Shown piece by piece: positions 1 to 9,909 of a stretch of DNA of 20,630 nt (the first letter of the stretch is position 1; every line of letters starts with the position of its first letter). The notes beneath the pieces are model-generated. The model was given only the letters and a program-made list of their open reading frames with translations. It was not told the DNA's origin and searched no databases. Location of the stretch: positions 62,001 to 82,630 of the forward strand of contig JYFJ02001399.1 of NCBI GenBank assembly GCA_000934665.2. Direction: 5' to 3'. Source of the DNA: Catajapyx aquilonaris. Lineage: Eukaryota. Made by a program: the position numbers and the translations under genes.

Positions 1-176
1 TGCTGTCATTTTGTAGGCAGATATTCTGATGGGCTTGATGATCTAGCACTTGCATTGGAAGAAAAAGAAAAATGAATGAAAGAGAGAAATTCTCACATGG
101 TCAAAAATCTTGGGGGGACAGTCGACACGGTACTGCTGCCGACAGTCTTTTGCGATTGAATTGAAAATAGGACATA

Positions 177-519
177 GGGGCCGTCCAGACGGGCCAACCT
201 TAGCCGCGGCTGGCCGCGGCCCTGGCGTCGGCCCCGGCTTGCGGAGCCACGGCTGGCCACGGTACCCGTTCAGACGGGCACATATTTTAATAACAGCCAC
301 CCGCATTTGTAATAGTGGCCGGTAGTCATGGCAGCGACGAAAAACAAGTGACGCGCAGTATCCGTCACCGAGGCCAAGCCGTGGCCAAGCAGCGAGCCAA
401 CTTCCAGGAAGTCGGCCAACTTGGCCAACTTCTGAGCCGTGGCCGTTGCCGTGTGAACCGTCGCGGCCTCGACCAGCCGCGGCTGGCCGTGGCTAAGGTT
501 GGCCCGTCTGGACGGCCCC
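177..519. mobile_element. PIF/Harbinger-like MITE, GC-rich
   Basis: TIR GGGGCCGTCCAGACGGGCCAACCTTAGCC at 177 with its reverse complement ending at 519; 3-bp ATA on both flanks (174-176, 520-522); internal GCCGYGGC repeats. Superfamily inferred from 3-bp TSD and GGG/CCC ends. Confidence 0.8.
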
Positions 520-859
520 ATAATGTGGAGCATGCCTATCTGCACCTACCACATTAGCATCAGGTCTGTGAACCTAGTAGTCCTTTCACAAATTTGTCTG
601 TGCTGCCTTACCCCTGTAGCCATTGTGCCCCTGTCTCCCCTACTTCAGTACGTTGTAAAAATTAATTATTACACAAATCCACATTAGTACATAATTTTAA
701 TGTACTCTTTTCAGTTGAAAGCCTTTGCAATGTAAAGTCCATCACCTTATGAAGTTATGAAACTCATTTTACACATATTCTGTAAAAGTCAAAATTCTGA
801 AATCCAACCCCTCCCGTCCATACCACCTGATTTTAATCCTTAAATATGACAGTCCACAA

Positions 860-997
860 AAAACTTTTCCTGTAATTCATTATTGATGGTGGACTACTTA
901 ACTACCAAGTTTGAAGAGAATCAGACACTTGCACTTAGGAGAATGTCCGTCTCTGTACAGTACATGCCAGGACATTGAATTTTTAAGTAATATGAAC
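860..997 (-). mobile_element. Degenerate Helitron-like non-autonomous remnant
   Basis: ACCAAGTTTGAAGAGAATC...TTAGGAG...GACATTGAATTTTTAAGTAATAT resembles the reverse complement of common insect non-autonomous Helitron 5' ends. Pattern recall only; boundaries approximate. Confidence 0.3.
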
Positions 998-1331
998 TGG
1001 TGATGAACATATTAACTATAACAAATGAACAAACATTACATACTGTTGTGCCAAGTGAGGTCTGAAAAATGTAATGTATTTTTTTTTTTAAATGAGAGTA
1101 GTCATTATGGTATGCAGCATGTAAAAAATTATGGAATGACCTTCTGTAATATGTGAAGCTTTTGAGTCAAATGCAAAAATTACTTACATGAAGCGGGAAC
1201 TTGATCAACATAATATGAAACCTTAATCAGTATGGTGTCTTGATATAGGATCTATGGGGGCTTCATGAATTGTGAGAATTGGAGCTGTATGCTTCAAAGC
1301 GTGCCTTTGTTGTAAGGTAGGATTACTTGTA

Positions 1332-1450
1332 CCTGCTGTCTAACAAGAATTGTCGCAGCGGCAGCGCACGAACTACAGTCTCTCGTGTCCCTGTGCTCGT
1401 AGATTGTAGGTCGTGCGCTGCCGCTGCGACAATTCTTGTTGGACTGATAG
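1332..1450. mobile_element. 119-bp palindromic MITE with TA flanks (Tc1/mariner-type)
   Basis: Arms AACAAGAATTGTCGCAGCGGCAGCGCACGA and TCGTGCGCTGCCGCTGCGACAATTCTTGTT are reverse complements; TA at 1330-1331 and 1451-1452. Confidence 0.75.
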
Positions 1451-1819
1451 TACATGTGGTGGATAATGCATAACATTAATCTTGCTGTGACCAGTTTAGA
1501 GCCATGTGGATGAACCACTGTCATTATTCCACATGCATATCACAGGGTACGACTAAGGTGAAAATTCATCTCGTGTTATAGCACAGTTCTCCAGCAATTT
1601 TAATATGAAAATGTATCTGCTATGTAATATATTGTAAGATTCATTGCACCTTCACTAATGAGGATGGCAATGCCTCAGGATCAAAAAGTGTATACCAGCT
1701 GTTCGTAGTGACAGCTCAGATTTGCATTGGTGGAGATTCTGCCTATGCTACTGGTGGGTTGCATTTCACCCTGATTAAATGGCATAATGGAATCCATGTG
1801 CAGCACATTCTGTCTATAT

Positions 1820-2126
1820 TATGCTTGCGTTAGCCAGGGATACCAACTTGAGTCAGGAACATATGTGGGAATTCTACCTAGGGATGTCAGAGCTGACTAG
1901 GGGCACCGTCTACGTTAGCATTGCAAAGGAATTCGTAGGTGCCATTATTATACTGTCCATTTTTGACCTTGTGCAGTATGGTCATTATGATGGTGTGGTG
2001 TTGTTGGAAGGTGTTGTCAACTCAGAGGTAACAGCTTGACTGAGTGCTGTCTGGCAAAAGAAGAATGAATCTTGGTTGGAGTGAGAAAATATGGCTATAG
2101 TCCATAATATTTGCAATTGCTGTGAG
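1820..2126 (-). pseudogene. Possible decayed RNase H domain of a non-LTR retrotransposon
   Basis: Minus-strand translation with stops and frameshifts reads LTAI...FILLLPDS...HTIIMTIL...EF...VGIPG, in the order of LINE RNase H motifs (AELxAI, xSDS, WVPSHVGIxGN). Weak. Confidence 0.3.
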
Positions 2127-2153
2127 ATTATAATAACATTTTGGTATGGACAG

Positions 2154-2276
2154 GTTCAATGTCAAGTGGTAGCATGGGTTCTGGACGATCAGCCCTTAAC
2201 CGTGAGATGAGTGTGAGAGATGGTCGTTCTGGGCTACATGTGTCTCTCAACAGAGGAGGAGGTAGAGGATCAACAA
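2154..2276 (+). CDS. unc80: Internal coding exon (123 nt, phase 1-1) of putative UNC-80: (G)SMSSGSMGSGRSALNREMSVRDGRSGLHVSLNRGGGRGST
   Basis: CAG acceptor at 2151-2153, GTGAGT donor at 2277, open frame, phase matches exon 8769. Gene name inferred from downstream exons. Confidence 0.7.
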
Positions 2277-2321
2277 GTGAGTTTTTTTTTTGCCATATTT
2301 TTAAATGGGTGTAGATTGAGT

Positions 2322-2566
2322 AGCACATTGGTGCATTGGTTTAGGCAAGCACCCTGCCACCTCTGAGATTATGAATTTTGTCTCCAGGTTGGGTGATGGA
2401 TTCTTCATGTATATAAATTCAATGAGTTCTCACTGCACTTGCATGGAATTTCTTGAAGTCCTTCCATTCCTCCCAATCTCAAGAGCCATAAAGTTAGGAA
2501 TAACTTATAGAAAGAAATCCCATAAAAGGGCCACAGAGCTGTAGCAATTGGCGTCCAATTGTTTAT
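2322..2566 (+). mobile_element. Old, degenerate tRNA-derived SINE-like remnant
   Basis: A-box-like TGGTGCATTGG near the start; GCATGGAATTTCTTGAAGTCCTTCCATTCCTCCC resembles the common SINE core GTGGGTTTTCTCCGGG...TTTCCTCCC. No clear B box or TSD. Confidence 0.3.
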
Positions 2567-3067
2567 TATAATGGTTGTGGATCAAAATTCCTGGTTTATG
2601 TATGGTTACATGCTCAAACCATCATCATATGTGGTACGGAGACTTAATGAATAAAAAGTTTAGTATTCACTTAATATCATAAACCAAGTGAACATATTCA
2701 TGCCTCCCATTCTCTGGCACCACATGCAATAAAATATTGGGAGTGTTACAGTTACCTGGCACACAACATTTACAACGCACCAGAAACAGCAAAAGTCACA
2801 TAAAACAAGCTACAACAAAGCAATAAAAATTACCATGTCACCACCAACAGGTTGAGTAAACTATTAATAGATCTCCTGGTATTTAGCATGGGATATTTCT
2901 TCCACAACAGTATTTCTTGCTGCAATTGACAGGGATGATGAGACTCAATATTATGTTGAATTTTTGGGGGATTTTTCATTTCTTGATTTGTTTTACATTA
3001 TGAATACAGTTTAAAAGTTTCTCCTTCTTCGTCACCTCCACTTTCACCTAATTAACATCTCTATATA

Positions 3068-3295
3068 CAGGGTGTTCCAAGTATTTGGGTGACTTCTTGA
3101 TAACTGATATCATCCTATAGCAGTTATTTTTGTAGCTTGTTGTGCCCCTAACATGTGCCCCATTCTATAACTACTGCTATATTCGAACTACTTGGGGTCA
3201 AATATTGCAGTAGTTATAGAATGGGGCACTACAAGCAACAAAAAATAACTGCTATTGGGTGATATCAGTTACCAAGAAGTACTTGGACCACCCTG
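3068..3295. mobile_element. Tc1/mariner-type palindromic MITE (228 bp)
   Basis: TA|CAGGGTGTTCCAAGTA ... TACTTGGACCACCCTG|TA; arms stay complementary almost to the centre (TAACTGATATCA/TGATATCAGTTA, GTGCCCCATTCTATAACTACTGC/GCAGTAGTTATAGAATGGGGCAC). Confidence 0.85.
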
Positions 3296-3352
3296 TATAT
3301 CTATTTAAAATATGCAAGGTGACAAAAACCAAAAAGTTTTACTCATAATAGA

Positions 3353-3693
3353 TTTTTTTTTTTTTTGCCTGTACCCCATTATCGGACCTTGGGCCCTTAT
3401 TAGGGGAGTGGAATACCACTATTTTTGGGAACCATATAATATATATATATATATATGTTAATTGTTCCAAGGGTAAGTATAGGAGGGGATGTGCAAAGTG
3501 CAAGTGCGCTGTCGTTAATTGGTCATTTTGTGAACTCCCCCGGGTGGCTTAGTCTATCGGATATTGCCGCCCGAAACGAAGCCAGAGATGGCCCAACTCT
3601 GCACGAAAGAAGGTGGGAACCCCGGGTGGGGATTGAACCCGGGACCTTAACTTCCGTGGGCGCACACATTACCGCGGCGCCACTCCGTCTCCC
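3353..3693 (-). mobile_element. Full-length tRNA-derived SINE with internal (AT)n and poly(A) tail
   Basis: Minus strand has A box TGGCGCCGCGG and B box GGTTCAATCCC (3629-3639); poly-T 3353-3366 on +; perfect 13-bp TSD TACTCATAATAGA at 3340-3352 and 3694-3706. Confidence 0.9.
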
Positions 3694-3958
3694 TACTCAT
3701 AATAGAATTAACTTAATGTAAGCCACATATTGTATTTTGTCCTATAATCATAGACCCCCTAAGTGTCATTCCTAAGATAATGACGCAAGGTGTAAAGTAT
3801 GTGCCTTTCCTTTCCTTTTTCATTCAAAATTATAAGTTGAAATTTAAACGGCATGGTAATAGGCCTACTGTCTTAATGTAAGGGTCCAGTCATTCAGCAA
3901 GAGTAGCTGTAAAAATCAGAATAAAATCACTGGTTTCAATCATCCAGTCCATTTTAGA

Positions 3959-4430
3959 CTTTTTCTCATCATCGAAAAAAAAGTATTATAGAACGGCTCT
4001 GTCCGTCTGTCTGTGGACACCTAAACCACAAGAGATAACAACAAACGGTTGCCGGATTTGGATTAAGCGTGACCTGAATAGGTTTCGTAGTCAGCTTTCG
4101 GAGACCCTCCACTTCCGGTTTTTCATGTTCACTCTATCCGCACAAGTTTACGTTGCGGGTGGGTTATCGTTGGATTTCGAAATGAGTTTCTCTGGATTCC
4201 TGACCATGTGTGTCAGGGATTTACCCTGGGTTTTACCTGGCGCTCTGGCACAGGGGCTGTGTAATAATAAATCATTTCCTGACATTAAACTGGTTTGCGA
4301 TGCAAGTCTTCGGCCACCATGATGTTATCGCCCAGGCCGATACTGGAATCGATACGATGTCTACGTTACGATATATCCATTCACACCTGTGACCTATGCG
4401 ATGTTACTTTCCTTGAGGAAAAATTACTCG
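3959..4430 (+). mobile_element. Helentron-associated (HINE/DINE-1-like) element
   Basis: T-run start, TTTTCTCA subterminal motif, AAAGTATTATAG followed by TGTCCGTCTGTCTG microsatellite seed, 3' hairpin TTTTCCTTGAGGAAAA. This is the DINE-1-like layout; ends approximate. Confidence 0.55.
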
Positions 4431-5474
4431 TAAAGTTTCATACTTGAAAGAATGAGAAACACTCTATTCTAATCAAGCTCACGTGATTTGCCAATCTTGT
4501 TTAAATGTCAGTGCTAATCCATAGCCCACAAGCAGCAAATAATAAGAGAAACATCCCTAATAATGAAAGATGATTTGTATATTACTAGTCCCATGGAAAA
4601 TATATTGCAAATGTGTATAATATCTCCTCCATGGACACCTGACCTGTGACCCATTGCATCATCTTGGCCACATGATATGGTACAGTGAGCTGCAAGTCAT
4701 AAATTTGCATTTCCTTTACCATCCCTTCACCATCGTCAAGGGAATTGTCATGATGTAATTTATGCATGTGTATATCAACTAAGGTGAGAGAAATCAATAT
4801 TAGTGTTTTTTTTTTTTTTGCAATTTTTAAATATAACATGGCTTGAAAGGGTTACAGGAATTAACAAGCAAGTCTTTGCCCGTTTTCCATATCATATTTG
4901 GACATACACTGGTATATGCTCACTTCTCAATGATGGACAAATTTTTCAATAATTGAAAAACTTGAAAAAAAAATTGAAAGTATACGTGGTAGCCTTCCAA
5001 AAAGTGAATTATCCCATTTGTGTGAAGGATGCCATGATCTTCCATTCTCATGTTCCAGTTGGGGCATTATATTCACATTAGTCAGATAATGAAAACAATT
5101 TTCACCTGTTGATTTTCCATGTGCTGTACTAAATAATTATTAGTATTTATGTACAACTATGCAATATGATATCAAATTGTTTCAGAATCTTCAAAAACTT
5201 GTGTCATATAGTGCATACCAAAAATTAAAGGAACAAAACCCCAAGGTCTAGTAGTACTCAATAAATCCAAGTGCCACTGTATTGTACTACAGTATAATTT
5301 ATAAAAAGATGGAGGCGATTTTGCATTGAAACCAAATGCAAAACGTCTCACATCTTTTGAGTGATAATAATTATTAGGTAGTCTCCCCAAAGAATGGAAT
5401 ACCGGTACATATTTTTCTTACCACTCTGCCTAGAAACATTGTGTTTGGTTTAAAAGTTACCTTAGTTCATGGGA

Positions 5475-5640
5475 ATCTAGCACGATTCGCAATAAATGAC
5501 CTTCAACGACCTCCATGTGCACTTCAATGTTACTCAACGAGACGATCCTTATTATTGAAGATCCTCTGCAGCATATCCTCATAAATGGTCCGGATTGCTG
5601 CACTGATGTTCCTTTCCAAGTCTTCTAACGTCGAGCCTCA
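5475..5640 (-). pseudogene. C-terminal remnant of a second Tc1/mariner-superfamily transposase
   Basis: Minus strand reads STLEDLERNISAAIRTIYEDMLQRIFNNKDRLVE*H*SAHGGR, matching the typical C-terminus TLxxLxxxIxxxIxxIxxxMLxxVFxN...GGHFE. Confidence 0.55.
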
Positions 5641-5739
5641 CTGTTGTGAGCACAACTTTTCAACAAAATCTTCAACCAATCATAACAATCTGAATACTTA
5701 ACCAAATGCTGCATTACTTGACAGGCTAATCACCCACAT

Positions 5740-6338
5740 CTAGTACTTTGTCTGGTAACCCTTGGCATCGATGACCACTTGACATCTGCAAGGCATCGAG
5801 GCGACAAACTTGTCCAACCCTGATTGTGGGATCTTCTTTCCTTCTTCCTCCAGTTGCTTGAACTTTTCGGTGGTACTGGATGATCTCTTGTTCTTCAGAT
5901 GACGACAGATACTCCCAGATGTTCTTTATTGGATTTAGGTCCAGAGATTGGCTTGGCGAGTCCATTATGGCCACCTCTTCTGCTGCGGCCAGGTGCTGTG
6001 GAACGCAGAGGAGTGCTCCTGGTCGTTTTTGTGCTGGTACAGGCGAGAATGGCCAAGCACACTCTTTGCATTCGGCCTCATGATGTCTTGCAGAATATCC
6101 CTGCACACCTCCATGGTCATGACACCTTCAATCCAGTGCAGGAGACCGACTCCAAGGGAGCTGCATCAGTCTCACACCATCACGGATCCTCTTCCATGCT
6201 TGTAGGTCAGCATTTGGTACCTGAGATTGAATCGTCTCCTTTGGGGCGACAAACGTAGGCTATTCCGGTTCCAAGCATCAGATATTTCGATTCATCTGAC
6301 CAGAGGACATAACGCCACTGCTTCTGTGTCCAGTTGAT
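5740..6338 (-). pseudogene. Tc1 (DD34E-type) transposase pseudogene, catalytic domain
   Basis: WTQKQWRYVLWSDESK, a degenerate second-Asp region, MDSPSQSLDLNPIKNIW and terminal ...VIDAKGYQTKY*; frameshifted. Confidence 0.85.
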
Positions 6339-6344
6339 ATAGGG

Positions 6345-6776
6345 CTGATTCAGCCCCCTTGGAGTTGGTCTCCTGCACTGGATTGAAGGTGTCATGACCA
6401 TGGAGGTGTGCAGGGATATTCTCCAAGACGTCATGAGGCCGAATGCAAAGAGTGTGCTTGGCCATTCTCTCCTGCACCAGCACAAAAACGACCAGGAGCA
6501 CTCCTCTGCGCTCCACCGCACCTGGCTGCACCAGAAGAAGTGGCCATAATGGACTGGCCAAGCCAATCTCTGGACCTAAATCCAATAAAGAACATCTGGG
6601 AGGATCTGTGTCGTCATCTGAAGAACAAGAGAGAATCCAGTACCACTGAATAGTTCAAGCAACTGGAGGTAGAAGGAAGGAAGCTCTCACAATCGGGGTT
6701 GAACAAGTTTGTCGCCTCGATGCCTCACAGATGTCAAGTTGTCATCGACGCCAAGTGTTACCAGACAAAGTACTAG
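6345..6776 (+). pseudogene. Inverted duplicate of the Tc1 transposase 3' half
   Basis: GVGLLHWIEGVMTMEVCRDILQDVMRP, HQHKNDQEHSS, MDWPSQSLDLNPIKNIW, KFVASMPHRCQVVIDAKCYQTKY* (TAG 6774-6776); frameshifted. Confidence 0.85.
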
Positions 6777-7059
6777 ATGTGGGTGATTAGCCTGTCAAGT
6801 TTTGTAGCATTTGGTTGAGTATTCTGATTGTTATGATTGGTTAAGATTTTGTTGAGTTTTGACATACGTATATGGAAAAATAAACAAAAACATTGTTTAT
6901 TTTTCTTCTGCAAATGAGAAATTCTTCAAAACTGGTATACTATCCTTAAATGGTATTGTGCATAAAATGTAAAATTTCAGCTCAATCTGATCACTCTGAA
7001 AAAGTTACGCCCAAAAAACAAAAAATTAATATAATTATGACCACTACTGTAGGCTACAG

Positions 7060-7486
7060 CAGTGGTCCCCAACCTTTTTATCGCCCCGGACCGGTCAACG
7101 TTTGATAATTTTACCACGGCCCGCTGAGAGGGGGGGTTATAGATTGTTTTGATTTAATAATTGTCATTTTATTGTACTTAAACATGGCTTCAAAATAAAA
7201 TATAGTTACACCAAAAAATGAATATAAAGTGATCGAACATGTCACCTCACTAGAACGCAAAATCAATGAGAACCCTGAGCTTGTTTCTTTGCAACGAGAC
7301 GGTTCCATCTAGGGGTATAGCGTTGGAAATACCCTGCCAAGGCCAGAAATACCGTACCACTACCCGAGATCAGACGATATATCGAAAATGTAGAAAAAAA
7401 AAATGAAATTGAAATAATTGGGCGGCCCGGTACCATTTGATCCACGGACCGGTACCGGTCCGCGGCCCGGGGGTTGGGGACCACTG
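7060..7486. mobile_element. hAT-Charlie MITE (427 bp), MER1/Charlie3-like
   Basis: Perfect TIR CAGTGGTCCCCAACC; perfect 8-bp TSD GGCTACAG (7052-7059, 7487-7494) with central TA as in Charlie/Buster. MER1 likeness is from recall. Confidence 0.9.
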
Positions 7487-7491
7487 GGCTA

Positions 7492-7860
7492 CAGTACCGC
7501 TCATAAAGAATGGTACGACACTATAGACAAAATGTTTATTCTGTTCCCAACCCCTGGGTCACCAGCATGTTTTTAGGGGTCATGAGGAAGGCTGGGAAAA
7601 GGCAATTAAAATCAAGAAGAAAAGAGAAGAAAAAAACAAGGCAAAGTAAGAAAATTTAAGGGGGGAAATTCATCTCAAATCTATGTAAGCATTGTACCAG
7701 GTTGAACATTTTGGTAATAAAAAATTTCGGAAAAAGTCGGGAGGGGGATCTAGGACAAGTTGTCCATAGTGTCGCGACAAAATCGGGTTGGGAATAATGC
7801 TGGATAGTCAGAAGAAACACGTTGTCCATAGAGTCGTACCATTCTTTATGAGTGGGACTG
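7492..7860. mobile_element. Tc1/mariner-type MITE (369 bp)
   Basis: TA|CAGTACCGCTCATAAAGAATGGTACGAC ... GTCGTACCATTCTTTATGAGTGGGACTG|TA; TIR similarity extends about 45 bp. Confidence 0.85.
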
Positions 7861-7906
7861 TACATGTGCTTGCCTGTTTATATTTTGAGGGAAGGAAAGT
7901 TCATGA

Positions 7907-8112
7907 AGGTGTGTTTACATGTGAGCGATTTGACGAGCGACGTCTTCGCTGAGCCATAACATCACTGAGTAACCCGAGTCACCAATATTGTATGATGTGA
8001 AAGTAACAATCGATTTTCGCCTCAAACAATACTGGTTACGTTTGGGTTACTCAGCGATGTTACCTCTTGGCGAAGACTTCGCTCGTCAAATCGCTCACAT
8101 GTAAACACACCT
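7907..8112. mobile_element. PIF/Harbinger-like palindromic MITE (206 bp)
   Basis: TIR AGGTGTGTTTACATGTGAGCGATTTGACGAGCGA with its reverse complement; 3-bp TSD TGA (7904-7906, 8113-8115). Confidence 0.85.
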
Positions 8113-8768
8113 TGAGGCTTGTGGTGGTAGCTAAGGAAGGCAAATAAAGAAAGGTAGTGGGAAAAGAGGGCAAGGATGAAAGGGAAAAACAGCTGCAGTG
8201 CCATATTCAATGCTGCCTTGTTATTATTAGGGACTCAGGTCTGTTGCATTGGTCATGGCTCTTAATGTCCCATTATAAAATGCTGGAGAAACTAAGAGTT
8301 AATAACCTATTGTTTAATAATAATGTTCAGTCATAGAAGATCATTTATTCAGTCGCATTAATTTTTTAAAGTTGGTTTTTAAAGGTTAACTCAGCAACTA
8401 TCTGTTTTGCAGAAATTGGACTCAGGGAAAAATGAGTGGGTAAATATAGGAAGGATGGGTCAGTACTACCATTTACTCTTGGTACTACATGATTCTTGTG
8501 CATGTGTTGATGTACTGTCATTGCTATCATTGTGAAGAACTGACAAGTATCACACCACTACTACAAGGCAAAGCAGTGAAGGAATGGCAACATGGTGACA
8601 ATAGGAATATTTTCTCAGTGTAATTAGAAAACAAGAAAACTACATAAGCAGCTTCTGATTGAATGGAGAAAACTTATTGCATCATCATCTACAAATGCCA
8701 AATGCTATCATGAATGTAAAGTCCTGTATACTGATCTTCCGTGACTCTATCTGAATTGTTGATTATAG

Positions 8769-8837
8769 GTGCTGTTAAACGATTTCTACGGAGGGTCAGT
8801 TATGCTGGCGAGTCTACTCCTGGAATTCCAGAGATGA
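8769..8837 (+). CDS. unc80: Small coding exon (69 nt, phase 1-1) of putative UNC-80: (S)AVKRFLRRVSYAGESTPGIPEM
   Basis: TAG acceptor at 8766-8768, consensus GTAAGT donor at 8838, open frame, phase matches both neighbours. Confidence 0.65.
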   Translation: MLLNDFYGGSVMLASLLLEFQR

Positions 8838-9119
8838 GTAAGTAGGAATGAGGTATTATGCTTGGAAGCTACTTTCCTGTCCTCCATTCACCTGACACCA
8901 CTGATTTCTTTAATCATTGAATAAGATCTGCTATATTTGAATGGATGTAAACTAGGGTACTGTACGAGGGGCATACATAAAGTTCGTACCATTGCATTGA
9001 AGGAAAATAGGGAAATGGTTCAAATTACACACATGTATGAGATTATTGTAGTGCAGACATATTAAAACATTAAAAAACCTTCGTGGTGAAATTTCCTATA
9101 AAATTTCTTGCAAGTAAAA

Positions 9120-9200
9120 ATTACCATGGCCACCACACGACTCCCTGGAAAGGCTTCGCGACCCCCCTGGGGGTCGTGAGCCACAGGTTGGGAACCACTG
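9120..9200. mobile_element. Orphan hAT terminus
   Basis: CGCGACCCCCCTGGGGGTCGTG subterminal palindrome followed by CAGGTTGGGAACCACTG terminus; no partner end found; left boundary uncertain. Confidence 0.6.
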
Positions 9201-9561
9201 CTCGATATGAATCCTGTGGAGCTACATATTTTTCCCAGCGATGTACGACTTGTCAGACACCATCATTGTAGAAGTCGACACTGTGTGCTTGAAAAATGTG
9301 TTCAACCTCTGTTGTTCAGGGTTGGGTGCGCTTGTGTTTCTCCCATGACCCCAAAGACCTGTCTGACTTGGGATACCCTGCCAGTAGACAAAGCTACCAC
9401 TGGCATAGCTCTTTGGGGTCATGGGCGAAGCAGAAGCCTACCCACCACAACAACAGTGGTTGAAAACATGGTTCAAGCACAATGTCCATGTCTACAATGA
9501 TGGTGTCTGACATGTCGTGCATCACTGGGAAAAATGTGTGACTCTGCAGGGTTCATAGAGC
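9200..9561. repeat. About 360-bp imperfect palindrome, unclassified
   Basis: Arms of about 155 bp, e.g. TGTCAGACACCATCATTGTAGA/TCTACAATGATGGTGTCTGACA and CCCATGACCCCAAAGA/TCTTTGGGGTCATGGG, around a roughly 50-bp loop. Confidence 0.85.
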
Positions 9562-9607
9562 TATAAAAGGACTAATACATGTATGCAATTTGAACCATTT
9601 TTCTCTT

Positions 9608-9853
9608 CTAGGGAGGTCCGGGGATCAAATCCCGGGACCGGCAACTCTGACCGTGGTTTTCTGTGGTTTCCCACGGTCCCTCGAGGAAAATTCCGGAGTT
9701 GTTTCCGTAATTAACAGGCCACAGCCGCTTCCTTCCATCCCTATCCCTTCCCAAAAAGCGAAGCAAAAAGTAAAAAGCAAAGAGTTCCTGACAAAAAAAT
9801 TGGGATGAACTCCCCCCCCCCCTAAGAGAGCCAATGGCTCTATCACGGGGTAA

Positions 9854-9909
<56 letters not shown>

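Larger units (their letters stand above)
5660..7049. mobile_element. Rearranged Tc1 element: about 510-bp inverted arms (5660-6169, 6345-6855) built from the transposase 3' half; right terminus retained
   Basis: Arms are diverged reverse complements; right end ...TAATTATGACCACTACTG|TA is a Tc1-type TIR plus TA; no matching left terminus seen. Confidence 0.85.

Noticed and set aside
43..557. Overlapping 70-90 aa ORFs on both strands
   Set aside because: By-products of the GC-rich palindromic MITE; no recognisable protein motif.
1249..1316. AG...GT-bounded 68-nt exon-like segment
   Set aside because: Stop codons in all three + frames.
3620..3693. tRNA gene
   Set aside because: A/B boxes belong to a SINE head followed by body, tail and TSD; no convincing cloverleaf.
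5726..6653. Functional transposase ORFs
   Set aside because: Frameshifted, catalytic motifs degenerate (NPIKNIW lacks the Glu) and the N-terminal DNA-binding domain is absent.
5660..6855. Assembly artefact as the explanation for the inverted duplication
   Set aside because: The arms differ by many substitutions and small indels, unlike an artefactual copy; long reads would still be the final test.
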